This document shows, in pieces, positions 19,242-31,391 of a stretch of DNA of 64,000 nt. Positions within the stretch are counted from its first letter, which is position 1. Each line of letters begins with the position of its first letter. The notes under the pieces were generated by a model. It ran no database searches. It saw only the letters and a program-made list of their open reading frames with translations, and had not been told where the DNA came from. Location of the stretch: positions 928,001 through 992,000 of the forward strand of contig CAWJMB010000002.1 in NCBI GenBank assembly GCA_963843845.1, written 5' to 3'. The DNA comes from an uncultured Gemmatimonadaceae bacterium (GTDB taxonomy: Bacteria > Gemmatimonadota > Gemmatimonadetes > Gemmatimonadales > Gemmatimonadaceae). Both the position numbers and the translations under genes were made by a program.

Positions 19242-20643
19242 GCCTGTTCCACGCCCGTGTACCGCTCCATCGCGAGCGCCTCCAGTGCGTCGCGCACCGC
19301 CGGGAGCTCGATGGTCTCGAGCACGTCCGCCGCGAACGCGTACGTCAGCAGCCGCCGCGCCGTCTCGGCCGAGATGCCGCGGCTCTTCATGTAGAAGAGC
19401 GACGTCGCGTCGAGCCGCCCGACCGTCGCGCCGTGCGTGCACTTCACGTCGTCGGCGAAGATCTCGAGCTGCGGCTTGGCGTCGATGCGCGCCAGGTCCG
19501 AGAGGAGCAGCGTGTTGTTCGTCTGCTTGCCGTCCGTCTTCTGCGCGACGGGGTGCACGTACACCTTGCCGTTGAACACGCCGTGCGAGCGGCCGTCGAG
19601 AATGCCCTTGTAGAGCTCGCGGCTGAACGTGTTGGGCCGCGCGTGCTCGATGCGCGTCTGGTGGTCGCAGTGCTGCTCGCCGTCGAGCATGTAGAGCCCG
19701 TTCAGCGTCGCGCCGCTCCCCTCGCCGTCGAGCGCGGTGTAGACGTTGATGCGCGAGAGCCGTGCGCCGACCGCGAACGAGAACGAGACGAAGTGGCTGT
19801 CGCGGCCCTGCCGCGCTTCCGCGGTGCCGACGTGGAACGCCCGCGCGCTCTCGCGCTGCACGCGGATGTGATGCACCGTCGCGCCGTCGGCGAGGTCGGC
19901 CTCGCACACCGCGTTCGTCCAGTACGACGCGTCGCCGAGCCCGACGAAGCTCTCGATCACCGTGGCCTTCGAGTGGCGCTCGGCGACGATCAGCGTGCGC
20001 GGGTGCGTGGCGCTGCGCGCCGCGTCGGCGTCGGTCGCCCACACGATGTGCACGGGCACCTCGGCTTCCATCTCTTTCGCGACGACGATCACGACGCCGT
20101 CGTCGAACATCGCGCCGTTGAGCGCGGCGAACGGCTGGTCCGCGACGCCCGCGATGCGGCCGAGGCAGCGCTCGACCACGTCGCCGTGCTCGGCGAGCGC
20201 CTCGGCGAGGGGCAGCACGCGCACGCCGGCCGGCACGGCGGCCAACGACGAACGCGCGGCGTCGAACCGGCCGTTCACGAACACGGCGGTCGGCCACTCG
20301 CGCTGCCCGAAGGTGTAGGGCGCGAGCGCGTCGGCGGCGATCGTCGCCGACGACGAGCGGAGCGTCGGGTACGCCGCCTCGGCGATCGGCGCCGTCGACG
20401 TGTAGTGCCAGTCCTCGTGCTTCGGCGTCGGGAAGCCGGTCGCGCGGAACTCGTCGGCCGCCGCGCGCCGCCGCCCGACGAGCCACCGCGGGTCGCGCGA
20501 CTCGGCGGCGCCGATCGCGTCGCTCAGCTCGTTCAGCAGCGTCTGCGGCGGGGCGAGGAACTGCCCCGGCGCGACGGCCGCGTCGCGCTGCGCGTCGGCG
20601 GCGACGGCCTGCGCGAGGCTGCCCGTCTCGGGGTGCGTCGCCG

Positions 20644-20647
<4 letters not shown>
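19238..20647 (-). CDS. sufD: Fe-S cluster assembly protein SufD
   Basis: FPTPKHEDWHYT, GVFNGKVYV..AQKTDG, KPQLEIFADDVKCTHGAT. Confidence 0.93.
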
Positions 20648-21411
<764 letters not shown>

Positions 21412-21435
21412 AGTGATTTGTCCGGTGATGATTGA

Positions 21436-22872
<1,437 letters not shown>

Positions 22873-22874
22873 GT

Positions 22875-23576
22875 CTATGCCTGCGTGGGAGTCGGACTGG
22901 TGCCCGCCTGCGGCGGGCGGATGGACTCGGGACTCGGGTGCCGCACGGTGTAGGCGCAGCTCGAGCACCCGGCGAGCATGTGGCACGTCCGCTCGACGGG
23001 GGTGCCCAACATCTGCTCGACGAACTCCTGCTCGGCGGCGCAGATCTCGGGAAAGCGCTCGGCGACGTCGCGGATGGCACAGTGGAACTCGCGGATGACG
23101 ACGCGGTCGTCGGCGCACGTCGCCTCCGCCATGTAGCCCTGCGACGACCGCAGCTCGGCGAGGAGCTGGGCGCGCTCGTGCAGGGGCAGCTCGGCGAGCC
23201 GCGGCGACACCTGCTCGACGAGGTGTGCCCACTGCCGGCGGATGAGTGCCACGACGCCCTCGGAGCCGGCCGTCTCGCGCACCGACTCGAGAACGGCCGT
23301 CAACACGTCCGCGTGGCCACGAGGGAGCAGCGCCTCGCCGCTCTCGGACAGCGAGTACGCATGCACCGGAGCGCCGACGCCGCGTACCTCGCGCCGGTAG
23401 CGCACCAGCCCCTCGGCTTCGAGCGTGTCGAGGTGGCGCCGCAGCGCGTTCGGGGTGAGCCCGAACTGCTCGGCCAACTCCTTCGCCGTGAGGGGGTGCC
23501 GGGTCCGCTTCAGCGCGATCAACAGCTCGGCACGGACGCCGCGGAAGCCACCGAGCGTGGCCGGAACTCCTTGCAT
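22875..23576 (-). CDS. sufR: SufR-like HTH Fe-S cluster regulator
   Basis: [28 protein letters not shown]-terminal HCAI..ICAAE..CSSC; first gene of the suf operon. Confidence 0.82.
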   Translation of the reverse strand: MQGVPATLGGFRGVRAELLIALKRTRHPLTAKELAEQFGLTPNALRRHLDTLEAEGLVRYRREVRGVGAPVHAYSLSESGEALLPRGHADVLTAVLESVRETAGSEGVVALIRRQWAHLVEQVSPRLAELPLHERAQLLAELRSSQGYMAEATCADDRVVIREFHCAIRDVAERFPEICAAEQEFVEQMLGTPVERTCHMLAGCSSCAYTVRHPSPESIRPPQAGTSPTPTQA

Positions 23577-23582
23577 GACCGG

Positions 23583-23628
23583 AACTTAGCGGCGACCGTG
23601 GGATTCGTCAACGAAAGTGTGGGTGAAT
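23583..23628 (-). promoter_or_regulatory. Sigma70-type promoter of sufR-suf operon with overlapping SufR-like operator
   Basis: Minus strand TTGACG (23611-23606), 17 nt, TAAGTT (23588-23583); imperfect palindrome ATTC-N2-CAAC-N6-GTGG-N2-GAAT at 23603-23628. Confidence 0.55.
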
Positions 23629-23702
23629 TACCGCGGGAGGGCAGTTCAGCTCTCGCCCGATCCCGCCGACACTCTCACTCGAACCTTCCACGAGGCACTT
23701 CC

Positions 23703-24128
23703 GTGTTCGAGCTCGTTCTCGTCGCCGCGCTGCTGGCCACTGCGGTTCTGTTCGCGCTCTTCAGCTCGCGGGCCATCGACCAGGCGAGCTCGCGCGACGA
23801 GGTCGCGCGACACCTGTTCCTCGCCGGCTTCGACGGGAGCGGCGTCGCGCCGGCGCTGCTCGTGCAGACGTTCGACGCGCTCCGCGCCCGCGTGCCGCAC
23901 GACGTCGACGTGATGCGGCCGACCGACCAGCTCGCGGCCCGCTACGGATTCACGCAGGCCGACGCGGAAGACGTCGTGCTGCTCGTCGCGGCGCGAACGG
24001 ACGGTCACATCCCCGCGGCGCGTGATCTCGACCGCCTCGGCGAGTCGGTGCGCACGGTGGCTGACCTCGTGCGGTTCCTCGTGCCGTTCTACACGCGCGA
24101 CCCGCGGACGCTGGCGCGCGCGTCGTAG
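23703..24128 (+). CDS. Hypothetical membrane-anchored protein with acyl-carrier-like C-terminus
   Basis: N-terminal TM helix; RPTDQLAARYG...EDVVLLV...VRTVADLVRFL resembles ACP helices. Confidence 0.5.
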   Translation: MFELVLVAALLATAVLFALFSSRAIDQASSRDEVARHLFLAGFDGSGVAPALLVQTFDALRARVPHDVDVMRPTDQLAARYGFTQADAEDVVLLVAARTDGHIPAARDLDRLGESVRTVADLVRFLVPFYTRDPRTLARAS

Positions 24129-24174
24129 GCGCCCGGGGGCGCGGATCCGTCGGGCGGCGCGCGCGGCGCGGGCG

Positions 24175-25245
24175 TCAGGCGCCCGCGCCGCAGCGTTGCC
24201 GCAACGCCTTCGCGAAGCGACCGGGGTCGCGCGCCTCGGCGAAGAACGCGTCGAGATACTCGCGCGCGGATCGCGCGTACCCGCGGTCGAGCGCGGGGAG
24301 CGAGGCGTAGAGCGCGTCCGCCGCTCCACGCGCATGGACGAAGCGCGGCAGCAGTGCGGCGAGCGTCGACTCGCTCAGGCACGGCCCGCGATACAGGCGC
24401 TGTCGGACGCTGCGGATGCTGAGCCGCGGGTCGGGCGTCGCGTACCGGGCGTCGACGAGACCGGAGAAGTCGAAGTCGTACGGCACCGCGAGCACCGCGT
24501 CCGGCGTCGTCACGAGCCGCACGTTGTGCAGCGCCGCGACCGAGAAGTCGGTGTTGCCGATGAAGTATTCCCACAGGCCGAGCAGCGCGACCGACGACGA
24601 GTCGATGTGGTCGTAGAGTGCCCCGCGCGCCGTCGTGACCTTCCCGCCGAGCCGGTCCTCGAGATCGTCCTCGGACTCGGCGAAGCGCGCCCAGCGCTCG
24701 ACGACCTTCGTCGAGTCGCGCGAGTCGACATAGCGGACGCGCGCGAGGCGCGAGCGGAAGCTCTGATCCGTGACGAGGTTGTGGAGCCGGTACGCGAGGT
24801 GCTCGCGCAGCACGTACTGCTCGTAGACGTCGCTGCCGTTGCAGTGCGTGCCGAGCTTGAGCGCCTTCTGCCCGGCGAACACGGTGCGCTTCGTTCCGGC
24901 CGAGTCGAACACGACGCGCAGCGGCGGGAACGAGCAGCTCTCCCGCTTCAGTCGGTAGTGGCCGCGTGTCGCGAGCTTGATCGCCAGGCGAACGGTGCGT
25001 CCGGCCGAGTCGACATACCACAGCGTTCCCGGCCGGAGCACGGGTTTGAGCGTGTCGCGGTCGCCGCCGAGGGCGCGCCAGTCGCCGACGATGGTGAGGC
25101 GGAGCGCCGTGTCGGAAGCGAACAGCGCTACCGCCTTCGGCGGCTTCGGCGGCTTCGGCGGCTTCGGCGCGCTCGGCGCCTGGCGCTGCGCGCCGGTCGC
25201 CGCCGGCAGCAGAGCGGCGAGCGCGATGGCGGTGCGGAGTCTCAT
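24175..25245 (-). CDS. Secreted CotH-like kinase-fold protein
   Basis: Signal peptide; RGHYR, KLGTHC, LREHLAYRL, YFIGNTDFS..HNV, VPYDFDFSG resemble CotH/atypical kinase motifs. Confidence 0.55.
   Translation of the reverse strand: MRLRTAIALAALLPAATGAQRQAPSAPKPPKPPKPPKAVALFASDTALRLTIVGDWRALGGDRDTLKPVLRPGTLWYVDSAGRTVRLAIKLATRGHYRLKRESCSFPPLRVVFDSAGTKRTVFAGQKALKLGTHCNGSDVYEQYVLREHLAYRLHNLVTDQSFRSRLARVRYVDSRDSTKVVERWARFAESEDDLEDRLGGKVTTARGALYDHIDSSSVALLGLWEYFIGNTDFSVAALHNVRLVTTPDAVLAVPYDFDFSGLVDARYATPDPRLSIRSVRQRLYRGPCLSESTLAALLPRFVHARGAADALYASLPALDRGYARSAREYLDAFFAEARDPGRFAKALRQRCGAGA
25135..25169. repeat. 9-bp tandem repeat encoding (PKP)n linker
   Basis: cttcggcgg x~4. Confidence 0.75.
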
Positions 25246-26321
25246 GAGAGCTGCGCGTGCACGACGTACGGCGCGCCGTTCGCGACGACTGCCGCGACGA
25301 CGTCGTGCGGCGGCGTTCCCTTCCGCCACCGCACGTGATACGCGACGACCGGCGTGCCCGCGTCGTCGACCGCGTCGTCGTCGACGACGCGCCGCCACCG
25401 CTTCACGCGCTCGTCGAGGAGCGGCTCCACGAGCGGACAGAGCGCGTCCGGGTCGGTCGTGACGATGCGGAGGCGCGCGTCGAACTCGACGTCGGCGGAG
25501 GCGGCGGGGAGGTCGGGGGCGACGTCGTCGCGGCGCTTGCGCACGCGCGTGGCGAGCGCCTCCAGCTGTGCCGGCGCCATCGTCCGCAGCACTTCGTCGT
25601 CGATGCGCGCGACGAACTGGCTCGTGCGGTTCGCGATCGCCATCGCGCGTTGCATCTGACGCTGTGCGCGCTCGCCCTCGACCGACGGCGGCGTGCGCGC
25701 GAAGTCGGTGTAGAACAGTGCGAGCGTCATGGCGTTGAAGAAGACCGACAGAACGACACCGACCTCGACCTCGACGCCGCACGCGAGCCCGACGCCGGTC
25801 GCGAGAAACATGAACACCGCGTCCTTGCTGTCCTCGAGCGAGTTGCGGAAGCGCACCGCGGCGACGATGCCGGCGAGCCCGAACGCGAGCGCGAGGCTCG
25901 TCTTCACGAGCACGACGACGCCGGCGACGACGACGGGGAGGAGGACGAGCGTGTGCACGACCGACTGCCGATAGCCTTTGCGCTCCCGCGTCAGCATGTA
26001 GATCCACGCGGTGGGCAGCGCGAGCAGGAACGCGGCGAGCGTCGCGACGCCGACCGAGAGCGCGACCGACGTGGCCTGCGTCGCGACCCCGGCCGCCCCG
26101 GCGTCCGTGAAGATCGCCGTCGCGGACGTCGGCTCGGTGTACACCGACGGCCGCGCACTCGACAGCGCGTCGCGCGGCCCGGGCGGCACGAGCGGCCAGA
26201 GGAGGGCGACGCCCCCGAACAGCACGACGTAGTAGACCAGCACGCGGACGACGATGTTGTCGTCGAGGATCGAGAGACCCGAGCGGATCGAGCGGATCGA
26301 GCGGCGGGACGATTCGGCCAT
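25242..26321 (-). CDS. DUF4956 (MgtC/SapB-like) membrane protein
   Basis: SLALAFGLAGIVAAVRFRNSLEDSKDAVFMF..GVGLACG. Confidence 0.75.
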   Translation of the reverse strand: MAESSRRSIRSIRSGLSILDDNIVVRVLVYYVVLFGGVALLWPLVPPGPRDALSSARPSVYTEPTSATAIFTDAGAAGVATQATSVALSVGVATLAAFLLALPTAWIYMLTRERKGYRQSVVHTLVLLPVVVAGVVVLVKTSLALAFGLAGIVAAVRFRNSLEDSKDAVFMFLATGVGLACGVEVEVGVVLSVFFNAMTLALFYTDFARTPPSVEGERAQRQMQRAMAIANRTSQFVARIDDEVLRTMAPAQLEALATRVRKRRDDVAPDLPAASADVEFDARLRIVTTDPDALCPLVEPLLDERVKRWRRVVDDDAVDDAGTPVVAYHVRWRKGTPPHDVVAAVVANGAPYVVHAQLS

Positions 26322-26521
26322 GATGGGCGGGGAAGCGCGCCGCGACCGCGCGCGGCGACGCGCGGCGAAAGTACTGTGCGACGTGACGGGCCGCGAGTCG
26401 GGTCGTCACCCGCCGCGCGCCTCCCTCGCGAGTCGTTCGTGGCGCGCCGGGTTTGCTTTCACGAGTTGACTTGGCCGCCGTCGGGAAGACCTTGAGACGC
26501 TCCGATCGTCGTCCCGCCGTG

Positions 26522-27268
26522 ATGCCTGCTCCCTCCGTCCTTCGCGCGACGATCGTGTCGCTCGCACTCGCCGCGCTCGCCGCCTGCGCCGGCCGCGTGC
26601 GCCCCGGCTCGCACCCGACGGTTCCGCGCGCCGACGACGGAGTGCCCCGCGCCGCCACGCCGACGGTGCCGTCGTCGCCGGTCTCGGCGGCCGACCTCGC
26701 GGCGCTGCGCGCGCGGACGCTGCTCGTCCCGGTCGCGAACGTGCGCGCCGCGTCGCTCCGCGGGAGCTTCGACGCGCCGCGCGACGGCGGCGGGCGCACG
26801 CACCTGGCGCTCGACATCCTCGCGCCGCGCGGCACCCCGGTGCTGGCGGCGGACGACGGGCGCGTGTGGACGGTTCGGCAGAACGCGTTGGGCGGCCTCA
26901 CCGTCTACGCGGTCGATCCCGACGACCGCTTCGTGTTCTACTACGCGCACCTCGACCGCTACCGCGACGGCCTGTTCGACGGCATGCCGCTGCTCAAAGG
27001 CGACACGCTCGGCTTCGTCGGCACGACGGGGAACGCGCCGCCGGACGCGCCGCACCTGCACTTTCAGATCGCACGGATCGGGACCGACCGGAAGTGGTGG
27101 ACGGGAACGCCGATCGACCCGCTGCCATTCCTGCGCGACGTCGAGGTGGCGATGGCGGGGCGGGGGCGCCCTGTCGCGGAGACGGGCGATCGGGCGCGCG
27201 GCGTCGTCGTGCCAGCGATCAAGGTGCGGAAGGGTCCGACGGTGCCGGCGGACACGCTCCTGCGGTGA
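26522..27268 (+). CDS. M23 family metallopeptidase, probable lipoprotein
   Basis: HLALD (HxxxD), YAHL, GTTGNA..PHLHF; lipobox-like LAAC. Confidence 0.88.
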   Translation: MPAPSVLRATIVSLALAALAACAGRVRPGSHPTVPRADDGVPRAATPTVPSSPVSAADLAALRARTLLVPVANVRAASLRGSFDAPRDGGGRTHLALDILAPRGTPVLAADDGRVWTVRQNALGGLTVYAVDPDDRFVFYYAHLDRYRDGLFDGMPLLKGDTLGFVGTTGNAPPDAPHLHFQIARIGTDRKWWTGTPIDPLPFLRDVEVAMAGRGRPVAETGDRARGVVVPAIKVRKGPTVPADTLLR

Positions 27269-27340
27269 CGGCGGCGGAACGGGAGTGCGTCCCGCCGATC
27301 CCCCGTTCCGCCGTCCGGCGCCGCGGCTCGGTAGCGCGGC

Positions 27341-28390
27341 TCAGCGTCCGGCTCGTCGCGCGAGTCGTCGTGCGAGCAGTCGGCTCCCGCTCTGATCGAG
27401 CACGACGGCCGCGATCAGCGCCCCCCCGATGATGATCCACTCGTAGTTCTGGTCGAGATGCAGCGTCCGGATCCCCTGCCGGAACGTCACGATGAGCAGC
27501 GCGCCCAGCAGCGCGCTCCACGCGCTCCCCCTGCCGCCGAGCAAGCTCGCCCCGCCGACGACCGCTGCGGCGATGACGTACAGTTCGTAGCCCGTTCCGT
27601 CCGACGACGTGGCCGATCCATAGAACGCCGCGCCGACGAACGCCGCGATCCCGGCCGTGAGCCCCGACAGCACGTACACGCCGAGCTGGATCGCCTTCAC
27701 GTCGAGTCCGGAGAAGCGGCTCGCTTCCGCGTTCCCGCCGAACGCGAACACGTAGCGCCCCCACACCGTGCGCGTGAGGTAGAGACTTCCCGCCGCCGTG
27801 ACGACGAGCGTCACGAGCAGCGGCACCGGGTAGAGCGCCGTGCGCCCCCCCAGCGTGGCCTTCACGACCGCCGTCAGCGCGGTCGGCACGATGACGCTCT
27901 CCGCCTTGCTGATGACGAACGCGAGCCCGCGCAGCATCCACATGGTGCCTAACGTGATGACGAACGGGTGCACGCCGAGCCCGATCACCATGAGCCCGTT
28001 GAGCAGCCCGCAGGCCACGCTCACGCCGAGGCAGGTGCCGAGTCCGACGACGAGCGTCGTCGCCGGCGAGAGGTCGCCGGCCGCGCGCAGCACCATCGCC
28101 ATCGCGACGCCGGCGAACGCGTAGATCGCGCCGACCGAGAGGTCGATCCCGCCCGAGATGATGACGATCGTCATCCCGACGCCCATGATCGCGAACGCGC
28201 TCGCGTCGGTCGCCATCTGCACGAGCGTGTACACGTTCAGGAAGTTGTTGACCGACGCGCCCGTCACGCGATCCGGGTGCGACCCCGCCGCCGCCGTCAG
28301 CGCGGCGCCGAGCAGCAACAGGACGACGACGAGGCCGATCTGCTGGGAGCGGAGCAGCGCGCTCGTCGCCCGCCGGAATGCGTCGGTCAT
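27341..28390 (-). CDS. Sugar ABC transporter permease (RbsC family)
   Basis: SGGIDLSVG, PFVITLGTM, GGNAEASRFSG, GYELYVIAAAVVGG. Confidence 0.9.
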   Translation of the reverse strand: MTDAFRRATSALLRSQQIGLVVVLLLLGAALTAAAGSHPDRVTGASVNNFLNVYTLVQMATDASAFAIMGVGMTIVIISGGIDLSVGAIYAFAGVAMAMVLRAAGDLSPATTLVVGLGTCLGVSVACGLLNGLMVIGLGVHPFVITLGTMWMLRGLAFVISKAESVIVPTALTAVVKATLGGRTALYPVPLLVTLVVTAAGSLYLTRTVWGRYVFAFGGNAEASRFSGLDVKAIQLGVYVLSGLTAGIAAFVGAAFYGSATSSDGTGYELYVIAAAVVGGASLLGGRGSAWSALLGALLIVTFRQGIRTLHLDQNYEWIIIGGALIAAVVLDQSGSRLLARRLARRAGR

Positions 28391-28391
28391 G

Positions 28392-28479
28392 GATCGTGAG
28401 GCGATCGTGAGGCGATCGTGCGGCGATCGTGCGGCGATCGTGCGGCGATCGTGCGGCGATCGTGCGGCGATCGTGCGGC
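28392..28479. repeat. 11-bp tandem repeat GATCGTG(A/C)GGC x8
   Basis: Read directly; fills the gap between the ATPase stop and the permease start. Confidence 0.92.
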
Positions 28480-28494
28480 GATGTGAGGTGAGCG

Positions 28495-30000
28495 TCAGGC
28501 GGCGGCGGTCGTCTCGATCCCGGCCATCATGCGGAGCAGGCCGTCCTGCGTCGCGTCGGCGCGCGCGACCTCGCCGACGACGCGCCCGTCCCGCAGCACG
28601 AGCACGCGCGTCGACAGACGCAACAGCTCGGGCAGCTCGCTCGAGATGACGAGCACCGCGACGCCTTCCGCCGCGAGCCCGTCGATCCACGCGTGGATCT
28701 CCGCCTTCGCGCCGACGTCGACGCCGCGCGTGGGCTCGTCGAGCATGAGGATGTCGCAGTCGGCGGCGAGCCACTTCGCGATGACGATCTTCTGCTGGTT
28801 GCCGCCCGAGAGGGCCGCCGTCACCGTCTCCTGCGTCGCGCGCACGCGCAGCCGCTCGAAGGAGGTGCGCGCCCGCTCGCGCTCCGCCGCGCGGTCGATC
28901 CAGCCGAGCCGCGCCACGCGGTCGAGCGTCGGGAGCGTCGCGTTCTCGCGCGTGCGCATCGAGAGCACGAGCCCCTGCTTCTTCCGGTCCTCGGGGACGA
29001 GGCCGATGCGGTGCGCCATCGCCGCGCGCGGGTCGCGCGACGTCACCGGCGCACCGCGGACCAGCACGCGACCGGTCGCCAGCGCGTCCAGCCCGAAGAT
29101 CGCCTGCGCGATCTCCGAGCGCCCGGCCCCGACGAGTCCCGCGAGGCCCAACACCTCGCCGGCGTGCAGCGTGAACGAGACGTCCTCGAAGGTGCCCGGG
29201 TGCGTGAGCCGTTCGACGCGCAGCCGGTCCTCGCCGCGCGTCACGTGCCCGTGTGCCCGTGACTGCCGCTCGACCGGGCGCCCGATCATGAGCTGCACGA
29301 GCCGCGCTTCCGGCAGCTCGGCCGCCGGCCCGGTCGCGACGTGGCGGCCGTCGCGCAGCACGGTGATCGTGTCGCACAGCCGGTAGATCTCCGGCATGCG
29401 GTGCGACACGTAGAGCATCGCGACGCCGTCCGCCTTGAGGTCGTCGATCAGCGCGAACAGCCGCGCCGCGTCGCGCTCGCCGAGTGAGCTCGTCGGCTCG
29501 TCGAACACGATGACGCGCGCGCCGGCGCCGACCGCGGCCGCGATCTGCACGAGCTGCTGCTCGGCCACGCTCAGCGAGGCCATCGCGCGACGCACGTCGA
29601 TGCCGCCGCCGACCGGGGCGAGCACGGCGTCGGCTTCGCGATGCAGCGCGTCGCGGTCGACGAAGCCGAAGCGGCGCGGGATGCGCCCGAGACAGAGGTT
29701 CTCGGCGACCGTGAGGTTCTCGCAGAACGCGAGCTCCTGGTGCACGAGGGCGACGCCGGCGGCGAGCGCGTCGCGCGGACTCGCGAAGCGCACCGGCGCC
29801 CCGCCTAACGCGACCGTGCCGGCGTCCGCCGCGTGGACGCCGGCGAGGATCTTCCCGAGCGTGCTCTTGCCGGCCCCGTTCTCGCCGCAGACGGCGTGAC
29901 ACGTGCCGGCGTGGACGTCGAAGCCGACGTCGGCGAGCGCGGTGACGCCGGGGAACCGCTTCGTGATCCCGGTGAAGCGAACCGCCGGACTACACGTCAT
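28495..30000 (-). CDS. Sugar ABC transporter ATP-binding protein (RbsA family, two ABC domains)
   Basis: GENGAGKSTL, DEPTSSL, PEDRKKQG, LSGGNQQK, DEPTRGVDVGAK. Confidence 0.93.
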   Translation of the reverse strand: MTCSPAVRFTGITKRFPGVTALADVGFDVHAGTCHAVCGENGAGKSTLGKILAGVHAADAGTVALGGAPVRFASPRDALAAGVALVHQELAFCENLTVAENLCLGRIPRRFGFVDRDALHREADAVLAPVGGGIDVRRAMASLSVAEQQLVQIAAAVGAGARVIVFDEPTSSLGERDAARLFALIDDLKADGVAMLYVSHRMPEIYRLCDTITVLRDGRHVATGPAAELPEARLVQLMIGRPVERQSRAHGHVTRGEDRLRVERLTHPGTFEDVSFTLHAGEVLGLAGLVGAGRSEIAQAIFGLDALATGRVLVRGAPVTSRDPRAAMAHRIGLVPEDRKKQGLVLSMRTRENATLPTLDRVARLGWIDRAAERERARTSFERLRVRATQETVTAALSGGNQQKIVIAKWLAADCDILMLDEPTRGVDVGAKAEIHAWIDGLAAEGVAVLVISSELPELLRLSTRVLVLRDGRVVGEVARADATQDGLLRMMAGIETTAAA

Positions 30001-30030
30001 GCGGAGTCCGGGCGTCGCGAGGACGGACGC

Positions 30031-31092
30031 TCACTTCGGCAGCGCGAGGAACTTCGCGTCGACGTTCGTGAAGCCCCAGTCTCTCAACTGCCGCGCCCAC
30101 GTGCCGAGGTTCGATCGGTCGACGCGGATGAGCTCCATCTGGACGTGCGTCGGCACGTCCCGCTTGTGGTAGACCTTGTCGAAGATCGTCTTCACGCCGA
30201 CGTAGCCCCAGTTGTACGTCGGCTGCGCGAACAGCACCGGCGCGATCCCTTTCTCGACGTACGCGAGCTCCTCGGGGAGCGCGTCGACGGCGACGATCTT
30301 GACCTTCGTCGGGTCGAGGTCGGTGAGCAGCGACTGCGCGAACAGCGGCCACCCGCCGATCATGGCCCACCCGGCGATGTCGGGATACGCGTTCATCGCT
30401 CTGGTCACCTCCGCCGACGCGTCCTGCGGCGTCTCGGCGTGGTAGAACGCGTTCACGACGGTGAGGCCGGGGTGCTTCGCGGCCTCGTCGCGGGCGGCCT
30501 TCACGCGCGTCTGCAGGTTCGGCGCGTTCTGGTTGCCGCCGAGGATCGCGACCTTCCCCGTGCCGCCCATCTGCGTCGCCACCTCCCGCATGACCTGCCG
30601 GCCGATCGCCTCGTCGTCGCCGCCGTAGAAGGCGAAGCGCTTCGACTGCGGGACGTCGCTGTCGAAGGTCATGACCGGCACGCCGCGGTCGACCGCCTCG
30701 TCGATCGCGCCGACGACCTTGCCGGCCTCGCTCGCCGAGAACAGGATCGCGTCCGCGCCGTCGTTCACCGCCTGCGCGATGCGCTGCGCCTGGATCGCCG
30801 CGTCTTCGTTCGGCGGGGTGAGCCAGTCGATCGACACCGCGACGCCCGTCGCCTTCGTGATCTCCGCCGCCGCCGCCTCGGCGCCGGTGCGGCCCGACAG
30901 GAACACGGGGTTCGTCGAGCTCTTGCCGATCATCGCGATGCGGAACGTCTTCCCGCCCGTCGTGTTCGGCAGCGCGGCCGTGCTCTCGCCACGCTTCGCG
31001 GCCGAGTCGGACGTGCCACCGCACGCGAGCGCGACGAGCGGGAGGAGGAGCGTGAGCGCCGCGCGGCGCGTGAACAGTCCGGTCGTTGTCAT
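30031..31092 (-). CDS. Sugar ABC substrate-binding lipoprotein (RbsB-like)
   Basis: Lipobox ALAC; KSSTNPVF, VPVMTFDSD, IVAVDA, QPTYNWG. Confidence 0.88.
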   Translation of the reverse strand: MTTTGLFTRRAALTLLLPLVALACGGTSDSAAKRGESTAALPNTTGGKTFRIAMIGKSSTNPVFLSGRTGAEAAAAEITKATGVAVSIDWLTPPNEDAAIQAQRIAQAVNDGADAILFSASEAGKVVGAIDEAVDRGVPVMTFDSDVPQSKRFAFYGGDDEAIGRQVMREVATQMGGTGKVAILGGNQNAPNLQTRVKAARDEAAKHPGLTVVNAFYHAETPQDASAEVTRAMNAYPDIAGWAMIGGWPLFAQSLLTDLDPTKVKIVAVDALPEELAYVEKGIAPVLFAQPTYNWGYVGVKTIFDKVYHKRDVPTHVQMELIRVDRSNLGTWARQLRDWGFTNVDAKFLALPK

Positions 31093-31391
31093 CCCGTCGA
31101 TCCCTGGTTCGTCGTGGAGGGAGCTACCCGAGTCCGGCGTGCGCAGGTGCGAGCAGAAACCGGATCCGTCTGCCAGAGCGCGCCGCCGCCCGACGCGACT
31201 CGTTCCGTCCACTCGATCGTCGTGCCGCTGCGGCGGAGCGTCGCGCACGGCGTTCCCGCGGGCGTCTCCTGCCCTCCGGCCCGCGTGACGCCGTCGCCGA
31301 CGGCGGTGCCGACCGCCGCGCCGACGGTGCGACTCCGGTCGCGTCGAGAGATCGGGTCGGTCATCGCGCCGCCGGGAGGAGGTGCCGCGCG

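Noticed and set aside
28392..28479. CRISPR array (also considered for 43867-43947)
   Set aside because: Short contiguous units with no spacers and no cas genes
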